Shown here: one piece after another, positions 1 to 10,660 of the stretch | Numbering within the stretch: position 1 is the first letter of the stretch | How the letters are laid out: every line of letters begins with the position of its first letter | From: Macrostomum lignano | Taxonomy: Eukaryota | Length of the DNA: 28,638 nucleotides | Direction: 5' to 3' | NCBI GenBank assembly: GCA_002269645.1 | Contig: NIVC01005009.1 | Span: 1-28,638 of the forward strand | The notes under the pieces: generated by a model | The model's database searches: none | What the model was told of the DNA's origin: nothing | The model's input: only the letters and a program-made list of their open reading frames with translations | Translations under genes and position numbers: made by a program

Positions 1-378
1 TCCCAGCACTTCAGAACCTGAATCCTAGCCTTCAGAACCTGAATCCCAACACTTCAGAACCTGAATCCTAGCCTTCAGAACCTGAATCCAGCACTTCAGA
101 CCTGAATCCTAGCCCTTCAGAACCTGAATCCCAACACTTCAGAACCTGAATCCTAGCCCTTCAGAACCTGAATCCCAGCACTTCAGACCTGAATCCCAGC
201 ACTTCAGACCTGAATCCTAGCCCTTCAGAACCTGAATCCCAACACTTCAGAACCTGAATCCTAGCCCTTCAGAACCTGAATCCCAGCACTTCGGAATCTG
301 AATCCCAGCCCTTCAGAACCTGAATCCCAACACTTCGGAATCTGAATCCCAACACTTCGGAATCTGAATCCCAGCCCT
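1..378. repeat. Tandem minisatellite, 21-22 bp unit (TTCAGAACCTGAATCC[C/T]A[G/A]C[A/C]C), about 17 copies, truncated by the window start; probably in an upstream AP1M1 intron
   Basis: Directly visible tandem repetition. It lies 5' of the first AP1M1 exon found in the window, and the gene's 5' part is outside the window. Confidence 0.93.
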
Positions 379-727
379 CCAAGGGTCCGTAAAAGGGTCA
401 GGTTGTCACTAGCTGTCATTTTACTATGAAATATTAATAGCTGCTTCTGTAATATCTGTCGCAGAATTTTAGCACTCCTGCTTTACTATCACCTTTAACT
501 TGGAATATTTTAAGAGCAAGCTAATTATCAACAGAAGGCTGAAATCAGGTATTTAGTAAACTACTTATTAGTAGTATGCAGTAGGAGGTTCAGTAACAAC
601 TAACCGCAATATATTGGCTGGTTACCGACATACTGTATCGTCTAGATTAGTCTATTATTACTTACGCGCAAGGCTTTAATAAAACTGCAATACTATCCAT
701 TGTATTATTTTTACCCCTCAACTTCAG

Positions 728-3700
728 GTAAAGCCGCTTATTTGGGTCGAGTCAGTTGTGGAGCGGCACGTTCACAGCCGGGTTGAATATATGGTCAAGG
801 TCAGAGAACTTACTTCCCTGTTTTATTTAGAGTTAATCACCTCTCATTGAGAATCTATATATTAAAATATCCCCTGAAAATTTGCAGGCAAAGAGCCAGT
901 TCAAGCGGCGCAGCACGGCTAACAATGTCGACATTATCGTTCCCGTGCCGCAGGATGTGGACTCGCCCAAGTTCAAGGTGACTGCGTGCATGTGGTTCCC
1001 AGTATTCCCATCACCATTCTTCCCGTGCCCATTCTTCCCGTCACCATTCTTCCCGTCCCCATTCTTCCCGTCCCCATTCTTCCCGTCCCCATTCTTCCCG
1101 TCCTCATTCTTCCTATCCCCATTCTTCCCGTGCCCATTCTTCCCATCCAAATTCTTCCCGTCCCCATTCTTCCCGTCCTCATTCTTCCTATCCCCATTCT
1201 TCCCGTCCCCATTCTTCCCGTCCCCATTCTTCCCGTCCCCATTCTTCCCGTCCTCATTCTTCCTATCCCCATTCTTCCCGTCCCCATTCTTCCCGTCCCC
1301 ATTCTTCCCGTCCCCATTCTTCCCGTCCTCATTCTTCCTATCCCCATTCTTCCTATCCCCATTCTTCCCGTCCCCATTCTTCCCGTGCCCATTCTTCCCG
1401 TCCTCATTCTTCCCGTCCTCATTCTTCCTATCCCCATTCTTCCCGTCCCCGTTCTTCCCGACCCCATTCTTCCCGTCCCCATTCTTCCCGTCCCCATTCT
1501 TCCCGTCCTCATTCTTCCTATCCCCATTCTTCCCGTCCCCATTCTTCCCGTCCCATTCTTCCCGTCCCCATTCTTCCCACCCCATTCTTCCCGTCCCCGT
1601 TCTTCCCGACCCCATTCTTCCCGTCCCCATTCTTCCCGTCCTCATTCTTCCCGTCCTCATTCTTCCTATCCCCATTCTTCCCGTCCCCATTCTTCCCGTG
1701 CCCATTCTTCCCATCCAAATTCTTCCCGTCCCCATTCTTCCCGTCCTCATTCTTCCCGTCCCCATTCTTCCCGTCCCCATTCTTCCCGTCCCCATTCTTC
1801 CCGTCCCATTCTTCCCACCCATTCTTCCCCACCATTCTTCCCGTGCCCATTCTTCCCGTCCTCATTCTTCCTATCCCCATTCTTCCCGTCCCCATTCTTC
1901 CCGTCCTCATTCTTCCTATCCCCATTCTTCCCGTCCTCATTCTTCCTATCCCCATTCTTCCCGTCCCCATTCTTCCCGTCCCCATTCTTCCCGTCCCCAT
2001 TCTTCCCGACCCCATTCTTCCCGTGCCCATTCTTCCCGTCCCCATTCTTCCCGTCCCCATTCTTCCCGTCCTCATTCTTCCCGTCCCCATTCTTCCCGTC
2101 CTCATTCTTCCCGTCCCATTCTTCCCGTCCCCATTCTTCCCGTCCCCATTCTTCCCGTCCCCATTCTTCCCACCCCATTCTTCCCGTCCTCATTCTTCCT
2201 ATCCCCATTCTTCCCGTCCCCATTCTTCCCGACCCCATTCTTCCCGTCCTCATTCTTCCTATCCCCATTCTTCCCGTCCCCGTTCTTCCCGTGCCCATTC
2301 TTCCCGACCCCATTCTTCCCGTCCTCATTCTTCCCGTCCCCATTCTTCCCGTCCCCGTTCTTCCCGTCCCCATTCTTCCCACCCCATTCTTCCCGTCACC
2401 ATTCTTCCCGTGCCCATTCTTCCCGTCCTCATTCTTCCTATCCCCATTCTTCCCGTCCTCATTCTTCCCGTCCCATTCTTCCCGTCCTCATTCTTCCCGT
2501 CCCCATTCTTCCCGTCCCCATTCTTCCCGTCCCCATTCTTCCCGACCCCATTCTTCCCGTGCCCATTCTTCCCGTCCCCATTCTTCCCGTCCCCATTCTT
2601 CCCACCCTCATTCTTCCTATCCCCATTCTTCCCGTCCTCATTCTTCCCGTCCCCATTCTTCCCGTCCTCATTCTTTCCGTCCCCATTCTTCCCGTCCTCA
2701 TTCTTCCCGTCCCCATTCTTCCCGTCCCCATTCTTCCCGTCCCCATTCTTCCCGACCCCATTCTTCCCGTCCCCATTCTTCCCGTCCCCATTCTTCCCGT
2801 CCTCATTCTTCCTATCCCCATTCTTCCCGTCCCCATTCTTCCCGACCCCATTCTTCCCGTGCCCATTCTTCCCGTCCCCATTCTTCCCGTCCCCATTCTT
2901 CCCGTCCCCATTCTTCCCGTCCCCATTCTTCCCGTCCCCATTCTTCCCGTCCTCATTCTTCCTATCCCCATTCTTCCCGTCCTCATTCTTCCCGTCCTCA
3001 TTCTTCCTATCCCCATTCTTCCCGTCCTCATTCTTCCCGTCCCCATTCTTCCCATTCCTTACACTCCTATACCATTCCTATCTGCTATCAATACACATTC
3101 CCCACACGCCAGACCACAGCCGGCAGTTGTCGCTACGAGCCGGAGACAAACTCGGTGGTGTGGAGCATCAAGTCCTTCCCTGGCGGCAAGGAGCACATCA
3201 TGCGAGCGCACTTCGGCCTGCCTAGCGTTGAGACCGATGAACTGGAGGCCCGGCCACCCGTCTCGGTCAGATTCGAGATTCCCTACTTCACCGTGTCCGG
3301 GATTCAGGTGCGCCATTTCTTGGCCGTTTTCTGGGGAGTTTTTACGGCCTTGCCATTAAGTTCTCGGACCTCTAGGTCACGCCACCACCCCATCAAATCT
3401 CAAGGTCATGCCACCACCCCATCGGATCTCAAGGTCATGCCACCACCCCATCGGATCACGCCACCACCCCATCGAATCTCAAGGTCATGCCACCACCCCA
3501 TCGGATCTCAAGGTCATGCCACCACCCATCGGATCACGCCACCACCCCATCGGATCACGCCACCACCCCATCGGATCTCAAGGTCACGCCACCACCTCAT
3601 ACCTCATCGGATCTCAAGGTCACGCCACCACCCGATCGGATTCAAGGTCACGCCACCACCTCATACCTCATCGGATCTCAAGGTCACGCCACCACCCCAT

Positions 3701-3938
3701 CGTATTCAAGGTCACGCCACACACACTCTTGGATCTCAAGGTCACATCGCATCAATCTCTTGGGTTAGCAAAAGCATGACTCTAATTAGTTCGGATTCTT
3801 TATTTTTTAATTTAACTTGCCTTTAACCCCTCCCCCCAGGTTCGCTACCTGAAAGTGTTCGAGAAGAGCGGCTACCAAGCGCTGCCTTGGGTTCGCTACA
3901 TCACTCAGAATGGCGACTATCAGCTCAGAAGTCAATGA
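728..3938 (+). CDS. AP1M1: AP-1 adaptor complex medium (mu) subunit, 3' part; exons 728-799, 888-977, 3113-3307, 3840-3938 (stop TGA 3936-3938); 5' exons upstream of the window
   Basis: Spliced translation: VKPLIWVESVVERHVHSRVEYMVK|AKSQFKRRSTANNVDIIVPVPQDVDSPKFK|TTAGSCRYEPETNSVVWSIKSFPGGKEHIMRAHFGLPSVETDELEARPPVSVRFEIPYFTVSGIQ|VRYLKVFEKSGYQALPWVRYITQNGDYQLRSQ*. This matches the mu1-adaptin C-terminus as I know it (YQALPWVRYITQNGDYQLR). All introns are GT..AG and phase 0. Confidence 0.96.
1011..3058. repeat. Intronic minisatellite, 15-bp unit CCCCATTCTTCCCGT with variants, about 135 copies, filling AP1M1 intron 978-3112
   Basis: Directly visible. It generates the PSPFF/PILPV/SSRPH and GTGRM/DGKNG ORFs in all six frames. 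Confidence 0.97.
3374..3745. repeat. Intronic minisatellite, 29-bp unit GGATCTCAAGGTCA[C/T]GCCACCACCCCATC with 21-bp deletion variants, in AP1M1 intron 3308-3839
   Basis: Directly visible tandem repetition. Confidence 0.93.
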
Positions 3939-4152
3939 GGCCAGAGTTACCCGCCACCGTTAGTCAGAGAACCTTAATTAATCAGTTGCTATTACGTTTT
4001 CTTGCGATATTTTATTGATTTTCAAGCTGGTTTTGTGCCAGCCATTGACTGGGTGACACTGACCTACCAGCTGACCTACCGTAAATGCCTTGAAAAACTC
4101 GTCTTGAAGCGGATGTAATCAAGCATCGCAATTTTATTTTTATTCTAAAGAG

Positions 4153-4158
4153 AATAAA
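4153..4158 (+). promoter_or_regulatory. Candidate polyadenylation signal AATAAA for AP1M1
   Basis: First canonical hexamer, about 215 nt after the stop codon. The region is AT-rich, so a chance occurrence is possible. Confidence 0.35.
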
Positions 4159-4994
4159 GCGCTGCTTTTTACTTTTCCGTATTCGGCGTCTGCGATTTTC
4201 AGCCAAATTTGCTCCGAAACAGCTGCTGGACCATTGCACTGATGTAGTTACTCTGAATGCTGCTATTTGGCAGAATTATTAACGGATAATATCCTATCAT
4301 ATCATGCGAATCTCCCAGCATAGCCAGTAGTAGATTGCTAAATCCATTCATTTCTCAGCCCATTGCTCAAATTTGCGACTTATTTGCGCAGAGAGTTTGT
4401 TGTAAATTGCTTGCTTTATTTCTATCTGGCGTTGTTTCCTAAAATTTCATACTTTGTGATACTGTTAGTAGGCAGTAAGGGACATGACTGTTTTCCGTAT
4501 GCGTAGTTATGAATGAAAAAAATAATCCATCATTCGATTTTTTAGTGTTTAAATGAGGCTGTGCTTTTTAGATTGTTTAAGTTATTTAAAAAACCGTTCC
4601 TGGCTACTAGAAGTAGTTGCACTCCAACAAAATGCTTTTTTCAGTACTTTATAGTTTCTTTTACTCGTTTTTGAACTCGGTTATCATTCGCATCCGTCAG
4701 CTTATCTGAATGCGTTCAATATTTATTGATTTTTTATTTGTTACTTCCAGTAATATAAATAGAAAATATGTTAAAACATCACTTTAAATTTTAGTGACAG
4801 ATATGGCATTCGTGTAAAATATTTAGTGATTTTTTGTTTTAAAAAATTCTTAAAATGCAAATTTAAAAGTAAATGTAAAGTGAATGAGAGATGTAACATA
4901 ATTTGGGAATATATGGCAATTCATTTTGTAAAAGAAAATATGATCAATCTTCCACTGGATATGAGTGTCGCCGCACTGTGTCTAATCAGCTTTT

Positions 4995-5565
4995 TAACCC
5001 CGCCACTCCACACCTACCCCCTATCCAACACCCACCCCATTCTGACACCCACCCCACTCCAACACCCACCCCACTCTAACACTCACCCCATTCCGACATC
5101 CAACTCCAACACCCACCCCACTCTAACACCCACCCCATTCCGATACCCACCCCACTCCAACACCCGCCCAACTCCAACACCCACCCCACTCCAACACCCA
5201 GGGTCGTCGCCAAGAGGGGGGGCAAGGGGGACAAGGCCCCCCACATAGAAGCTATGTACGGGGGGATATGCCAATGCTTTGTCCCCTACCCCACCTTGTG
5301 ACCAGTTATGGAAATCAATAACTTTGCTTCAGGATGACAAAACATAGCGCCTGCGGCAACAAAATGAGTGCCTGCGGCGCTAAAATAAGCGCTGACAACA
5401 CCGATTCTGAAAATAATGTTAAAGGAATTGAGTATGTACATGAACATATTGAATTCTTGGCTTTGTCCCCCCCCACCATAAAATCCATGGAGACGCCCCT
5501 GCCAACACCTACCCAACTCCAACACCCCCACTCTAACACCCACCTCACTCCAATATCCCACTGCA
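4995..5565. repeat. C-rich minisatellite, 17-bp unit CTCCAACACCCACCCCA, interrupted by a MITE at 5199-5501
   Basis: Tandem units at about 4995-5198 resume in register at 5502-5565. Confidence 0.88.
5199..5501 (-). mobile_element. Non-autonomous DNA transposon (MITE), hAT-like, copy 1 (303 bp)
   Basis: 14-bp imperfect TIRs CAGGGTCGTCGCCA / TGGAGACGCCCCTG. Perfect 8-bp direct repeat CCAACACC at 5191-5198 and 5502-5509. Homologous to the reverse complement of 14990-15540. CAG termini plus an 8-bp TSD are typical of hAT elements. Confidence 0.85.
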
Positions 5566-5600
5566 ACAATGCTATTCCACTGCACTGACAGCAGCAAGTC

Positions 5601-8600
5601 CTAGGCGAGCGAGTCCGCGTTGACCATCCGCACTTTGACCTCCTTCTCCAGACGGAGAGTCACACGCAGACCAGCGGGTGTCGCTTCAGTGATGGACTGG
5701 GTTCGAGGCACATTCTGAGGGAGATTTCGTCATTTTGTTATTGCATGTGGCGTTTCAAACTGACTGGCACTCGGAGAGAGCCTGTCTCAGACTGACTGGC
5801 ACTCGGAGAGAGAGCCTGTCTCAAACTGACTGGTACTCAGAGAGAGTCTGTCTAAAACTGACTGGCACTCAGAGAGAGTCTGTCTAAAACTGACTGGCAC
5901 TCGGAAAGAGCCGGTCTCAGACTGACTGGCACTCGAAAAGAGCCGGTCTCAGACTAACTGGCACTCGGAGAGAGAGCCTGTCTCAGACTGACTGGCACTC
6001 GGAGAGAGCCTGTCTCAAACTGACTCACATTGACCTCCAGGAGGGCCAGCTGTGACTCGGGCAGCGCCGCCACCGCAGCCAGCAGCTGCAGCACGTCGGC
6101 CTCCCTAAACAGATTTCGGTTCAGCTTGACGGCGTGCAGTCGGCCGGGCTGTCGGCGAAGGCACTGCAGCAGCTCCGGCGTGCTCAGGTGAGTGACGCGG
6201 CAGTTGTCCAGCTCCAGCACGCGCAGCCGGCTGGCGTCCGCGGTTGCCGCCTTCAGCAGCGCCGCCAGTCCGCGGTCCTCGGCGCCGTTACAGCTGCAGT
6301 TCAGCCGGCGCAGCTCCGAGTTGGCCTGTCGAGTGTGGGGGAGGGCAAAATGACTGATAAATTATCCAAATTGCCGGAATTCCCCACTCTCCGAAATTCC
6401 AAATTCGAGGAATTCCCCAATCGAAGAATTTCTCTGCTCAAAAGAAATTCTGCACTAACCAAAATTTCCAATTCACGCAATTCCCCACTGACCAAAATTC
6501 CCAATTCAAGGAATTCCCCACTCGCCAAAAATTCTCAATTCAGGGAATTCCCCAATCCCAAAGTTCCTAATTCACGCAATTCCCCACTGACCATAATTCC
6601 CAATTCAAGGAATTCCCCACTCGCCAAAAATTCTCAATTCAGGGAATTCCCCAATCCCAAAGTTCCTAATTCAAGGAATTCCCCATGCACTCACTAAAAT
6701 TCCCAATTCACGGAATTCCCCATGCACTCACTAAAATTCCCAATTCAAGGAATTCTCCACTCAAAGAAATTATTCCCCAATCGACAGAAGGAAATGCGCA
6801 AACGATTCACCAGTGTATTTTACGGCCGCCACCCTACTCCACCTTTAATGTACAAGCTATTAAATCCTTTGATGTTGCCGCCGCCTTATTTAAATAGCAG
6901 CCGCACGCTTTACTTTGTCTGCTACTTTATGAAAAATCTATTTTATGATAACACCTGATCAATTATTGATTTAACTGGTTTTCTTTGATGTTGACCGACA
7001 TTGATCTCAGGTGCGCTCGCACTCACAGCCAATCCGCTGGCCAGGGTGGCAAAGCAGGCGCTATTAAAGGTGTTCCAAGACAGGTCCAGGTCAATCAGGT
7101 AGGCGTTCACTCGCAGAGCTTGGGCCAAAGCGGTGGCAGTTTGTGGTCCCAAATTGTTCCCGCTGATGTCAAGGTGCTCCAGGTGCTTGTCCCTCTGCGG
7201 GCATTGAAGTATGCAATTTACACTGATGATAGGCTGCAGCACAACCTCAAAGAGAATATCCTTTCTAACTTTCAATGTTGCTTTTAGTTCAGTTAGATTG
7301 TTTGCCTGAGATACGTCTCATTTTGTCTGCTTCTGTGTCTCAAGCTGTCTGTTTCTGTCTGTGTCCCAAGCTGTGTCTGTTTCTGTCTGTGTCCCAAGCT
7401 GTGTCTGTTTCTGTCTGTGTCCCAAGCTGTGTCTGTTTCTGTCTGTGTCCCAAGCTGTCTTTTACTGTCTGTGTCCCAAGCTGTGTCTGTTTCTGTCTGT
7501 GTCCCAAGCTGTCTTTTACTGTCTGTGTCCCAAGCTGTGTCTGTTTCTGTGTCCCAAGCTGTGTCTGTTTCTGTGTCCCAAGCTGTGTCTGTTTCTGTGT
7601 CCCAAGCTGTGTCTGTTTCTGTGTCCCAAGCTGTGTTTTTTTGTGTGTCCCAAGCTGTGTCTGTTTCTGTGTCCCAAGCTGTGTCTGTTTCTATGTCCCA
7701 AGCTGTGACTGCTTCTGTCTGTGTCCCAGCAGTGTCTGTTTCTGTCTGTGTCCCAAGCTGTCTTTTACTGTCTGTGTCCCAAGCTGTGTTTGTTTGTGTG
7801 TCCCAAGCTGTGTCTGTTTCTGTGTCCCAAGCTGTGTCTGTTTCTATGTCCCAAGCTGTGCCTGCTTCTGTCTGTGTCCCAGCAGTGTCTGTTTCTGTCT
7901 GTGTCCCAAGCTGTCTTTTACTGTCTGTGTCCCAAGCTGTGTTTGTTTGTGTGTCCCAAGCTGTGTCTGTTTCTGTGTCCCAAGCTGTGACTGCTTCTGT
8001 CTGTGTCCCAGCAGTGTCTGTTTCTGTCTGTGTCCTCTGTGTCCCAAGCTGTGCCTGCTTCTGTCTGTGTCCCAAGCTGTGACTGCTTCTGTCTGTGTCC
8101 CAAGCTGTGACTGCTTCTGTCTGTGTCCCAAGCTGTGACTGCTTCTCTAAACTTTCGATGCCTTCTCCGTCCTATGCTGTCCGGCTTGTACTGCGCCCAC
8201 TCTTGACCCGCGGCCTCAAGAACGGTTATTGACATGATATATGCCTGCTTTATTGATAAAGAAGACCCCTCAGTCTTCTCCCACCAGAGACCGTGAGAAA
8301 GCTGCCCAGCAGGGCTCCGTCGCTGTCAGCCAGGCCGCAGCGGCTCAGCTTCATGCTCACTAGCGAGGCACCCTGGCTCAGCGCAGAGTGCAGAGTAGCG
8401 AAGGCCCGCCTGTAAGTCTGTTTTGGCTCAGATTCTGCAAACAGAAACGGCGTTGCAGTTGGTGAAAGTGATGCTTTAAACTACATGCTTGTAATTAAAA
8501 TGCTATTTAATGAGCGGTTTTTATATCGTAGTTGCGTCTCCGGCACACTTTCAAAATGATGGAGTTTGTTTAAATTAAACTATTGAAAATGCACAGAGCA

Positions 8601-10127
8601 AGCTAAGAATATATCTATTAAATTGTAGTGCTAAGAAACCTAAATCGGGAATAAACAGATTTTAATCAATAGACAAATCAATGAATTACTTAAAATAAAA
8701 TTTCTTTTCAAACATAATTTTTTAACTATACAGACTCTTTTGGAAACCCGGAAATTTTGCACACTGCATTGCATCCAATTGAGTTTTATCGTGCACAATC
8801 TTAGGACGATCAAAATCCGAAAAAATGCGCGAAAGTTTGAATTTTTAGCATGCATTTGCTGCAAATTTAATAAAATAGCGGCACTTTTCCCGAATCAAAA
8901 TATAGATTTGTTTATTTCTTGTATTTAAAAAGATTTCTTAATTTACAAGATTTTTTATTAAAATGAGTTTTTATTTAAAATATTTGTTTACACAGAGTGC
9001 AAAAACTCATACAAAAAATATACCAATAAGCTAACACGTCATGTCATGTTTTTGCTTTGGAAGTCACCTGTTGATTGGATACTGAACTTTAATCATTTAG
9101 GTTTATTTTTATTTGCTGCGTCTATTTTTTTGTTTTTTGATTGACCAATCAATTAACCATTTCGAGCTGAAATTTTTCAACTAAAACTTGACAGTCAATA
9201 ATTTTTCAATAAATGCCGGAAAAATATTGGAAAAATTAACAGTGCTTCGAAAGTGCAATAATAAAGCTCAATGTTTATTACTAAATGTTGAAACTGAAAC
9301 ATAAATAACACACAAACTATCTCGATATTCAACGAATCCATCCGACAAGTTGAATTTTTCAATTTGTTTAAAACAAAATTTAGCTGGACTCACCAGCCTG
9401 CCAATGGTGCCATGGTCCTCAAGCAGTCGGCTTAGTCTTGTCAGTTTGGCCTTGGAGTCGAACCCGTTGTCCTTGAGATTGAGCTCGAGTAGGTTCGGAT
9501 TCAGCTGGAGTGGTTTGGATGTGTTTTGAGCTCTAGTTTGTTATAAGTTCCCAGACAGCCAACGTAAGGGACGTACGCGCGTATATTTAGTATGCTCTAA
9601 GCATAGTACAGATCAGTACTATAAATTGGTTGAACACAAATTATCGTATAGGAATTTTCTACCCGCAGCGCCTTGAGAAAAGCGGCGGCCTGTCTGTCGT
9701 GCGGGTAGTAGAAGCACAGCCGGACCCGGGCATCGCTGAGCTGCAGCAGGCAGACTCGGGCCAGGGCCGCCTTCAGCCGGTCGCACTGCTGGCGATAGGC
9801 CTCCTGTGGACCCGCGCTGCCGCCGCTGCCACCCTGCCGCAGCTCTGCAGGATTATAATAATGTGGTAATGAGTTCGAGGTACTGAGTCATGCTGCTCTG
9901 GGGTCATGCTGCTCTGGGGTCATGCTGCTCTGGGGTCATGCTGCTCTGGGGTCATGATACTCTGTGTTCTAGAATCAGTGTTCATAATATTATTTCCTTT
10001 AAAAATACAGATAAAAGTTATATAATCCGCTCAGCCCGAAAGCAGACTCACTTTCATAAACATCTTCAAGCGATGTCAGAGTCCGCTCTTTCAGCCATCC
10101 CGGCGCACAGTCGGTTGCGGCTTCCAT
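5601..10127 (-). CDS. Ribonuclease-inhibitor-type leucine-rich repeat protein, LRRC74-like, about 363 aa; exons (minus strand) 10127-10052, 9844-9663, 9504-9394, 8434-8292, 7194-7027, 6325-6029, 5714-5601; exon 4 lacks one base (frameshift near 8405-8410)
   Basis: Spliced translation: MEAATDCAPGWLKERTLTSLEDVYEKLRQ...YRQQCDRLKAALARVCLLQLSDARVRLCFYYPHDRQAAAFLKALR|LNPNLLELNLKDNGFDSK...IGRL|NLSQNRLTG/RAFATLHSAL...LVSMKLSRCGL...FLT|RDKHLEHLDISGNNL...LIDLDLSWNTF...|ANSELRRLNCSCNG...|NVPR...DSLA*. LRR periodicity is about 28 aa, all introns are GT..AG, and exon 5 is exactly 168 nt (2 repeats). The LRRC74 assignment is by recalled similarity only. Confidence 0.85.
5760..6027. repeat. Intronic minisatellite, 32-34 bp unit TGACTGGCACTCGGAGAGAGCCTGTCTCA[G/A]AC, about 8 copies, in LRR gene intron 5715-6028
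   Basis: Directly visible. The array runs right up to the minus-strand donor GTGAGT (6028-6023). Confidence 0.93.
6375..6770. repeat. Intronic degenerate minisatellite, about 33-bp unit (AAAATTCCCAATTCAAGGAATTCCCCACTCACT) with a 99-bp higher-order duplication, in LRR gene intron 6326-7026
   Basis: CTCGCCAAAAATTCTCAATTCAGGG recurs at 6521 and 6620. Confidence 0.88.
7320..8146. repeat. Intronic minisatellite, 24/28-bp units (CCAAGCTGTGTCTGTTTC[TGTC]TGTGTC) with a 153-bp higher-order repeat, in LRR gene intron 7195-8291
   Basis: Directly visible. The variant TCTTTTACTG recurs at 7761 and 7914. The array explains the CVPSC/AWDTET ORFs. Confidence 0.95.
9888..9957. repeat. Short intronic tandem repeat, 16-bp unit TCATGCTGCTCTGGGG x4, in LRR gene intron 1
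   Basis: Directly visible. Confidence 0.9.
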
Positions 10128-10660
10128 ATGCTACAGCTGTGCCTGTCTGCCGTGCAATTGTTCTCTCAGGAAATAATACTTCTCGTCTTTTAGGTTGTCT
10201 GTTTTAAAACTGTTTTTGCTTTTGCTCGACTCGCACACAGAGGCTACGAGATGCAACTGCAGTGCTCTCATTGGTCGGTGCTGGCTATACTAATAACAAA
10301 CTATCAAGGTATTTATAATGCTGCACAATAGACAGAGAGTCTTAAAACCCTCTGGTTCTATGTGTGCGTGTGCGTGTGTTAGGTCTAAGCCTCGTGCAAA
10401 TTGGCTGAGTCACGAGGCTGCTAGAGTGGGCATTCAGGTGAGGCACACTGGCTGCGAGCATTCTTAAAGTTAGGGTGGACCCTGCGCTGCGTTTCTCAGT
10501 GTTAAACGGCTATCATAGAAACTCACTATATAGGCTATGCGTGGAAAACTGCCTCTCTTTCATCTCTGTCCTCGAGAAAGCTTTCAATCCTCGTTGATTC
10601 CAGCTAGAACACATCAAAAACTGTAGCCTTCATATAAACAACTAATACAAATTCGCAATC
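10128..10660. promoter_or_regulatory. Short head-to-head intergenic region (533 bp) between the LRR gene and PLAC8-family start codons; candidate bidirectional promoter
   Basis: Divergent ATGs at 10127 (-) and 10661 (+). ATTGG (CCAAT-box) motifs near 10271 and 10400. Transcription starts cannot be determined from sequence. Confidence 0.4.

Noticed and set aside
3308-3325. Intron start GTGCGCCATTTC (VRHF) resembles the next exon start GTTCGCTACCTG (VRYL), suggesting intron gain by duplication
   Set aside because: The similarity is only a few bases, partly forced by the AG|GT consensus. It is not distinguishable from chance.
833-3826. Very long ORFs (825, 946, 460, 329 aa) rich in PSPFF/PILPV/GTGRM
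   Set aside because: They are translations of a stop-free 15-bp array lying between canonical splice sites of AP1M1. They are open in several frames on both strands, which is the signature of a repeat, not a gene.
7275-8235. Cys-rich (CVPSC) and Thr/Asp-rich (AWDTET) ORFs resembling metallothionein or mucin
   Set aside because: They derive from the 24/28-bp intronic array of the LRR gene and are open in all frames.
8130-8290. Additional LRR exon (SITVLEAAGQEW...) downstream of 8292
   Set aside because: It has no LRR pattern, and joining 8292 directly to 7194 gives exact 28-aa periodicity.
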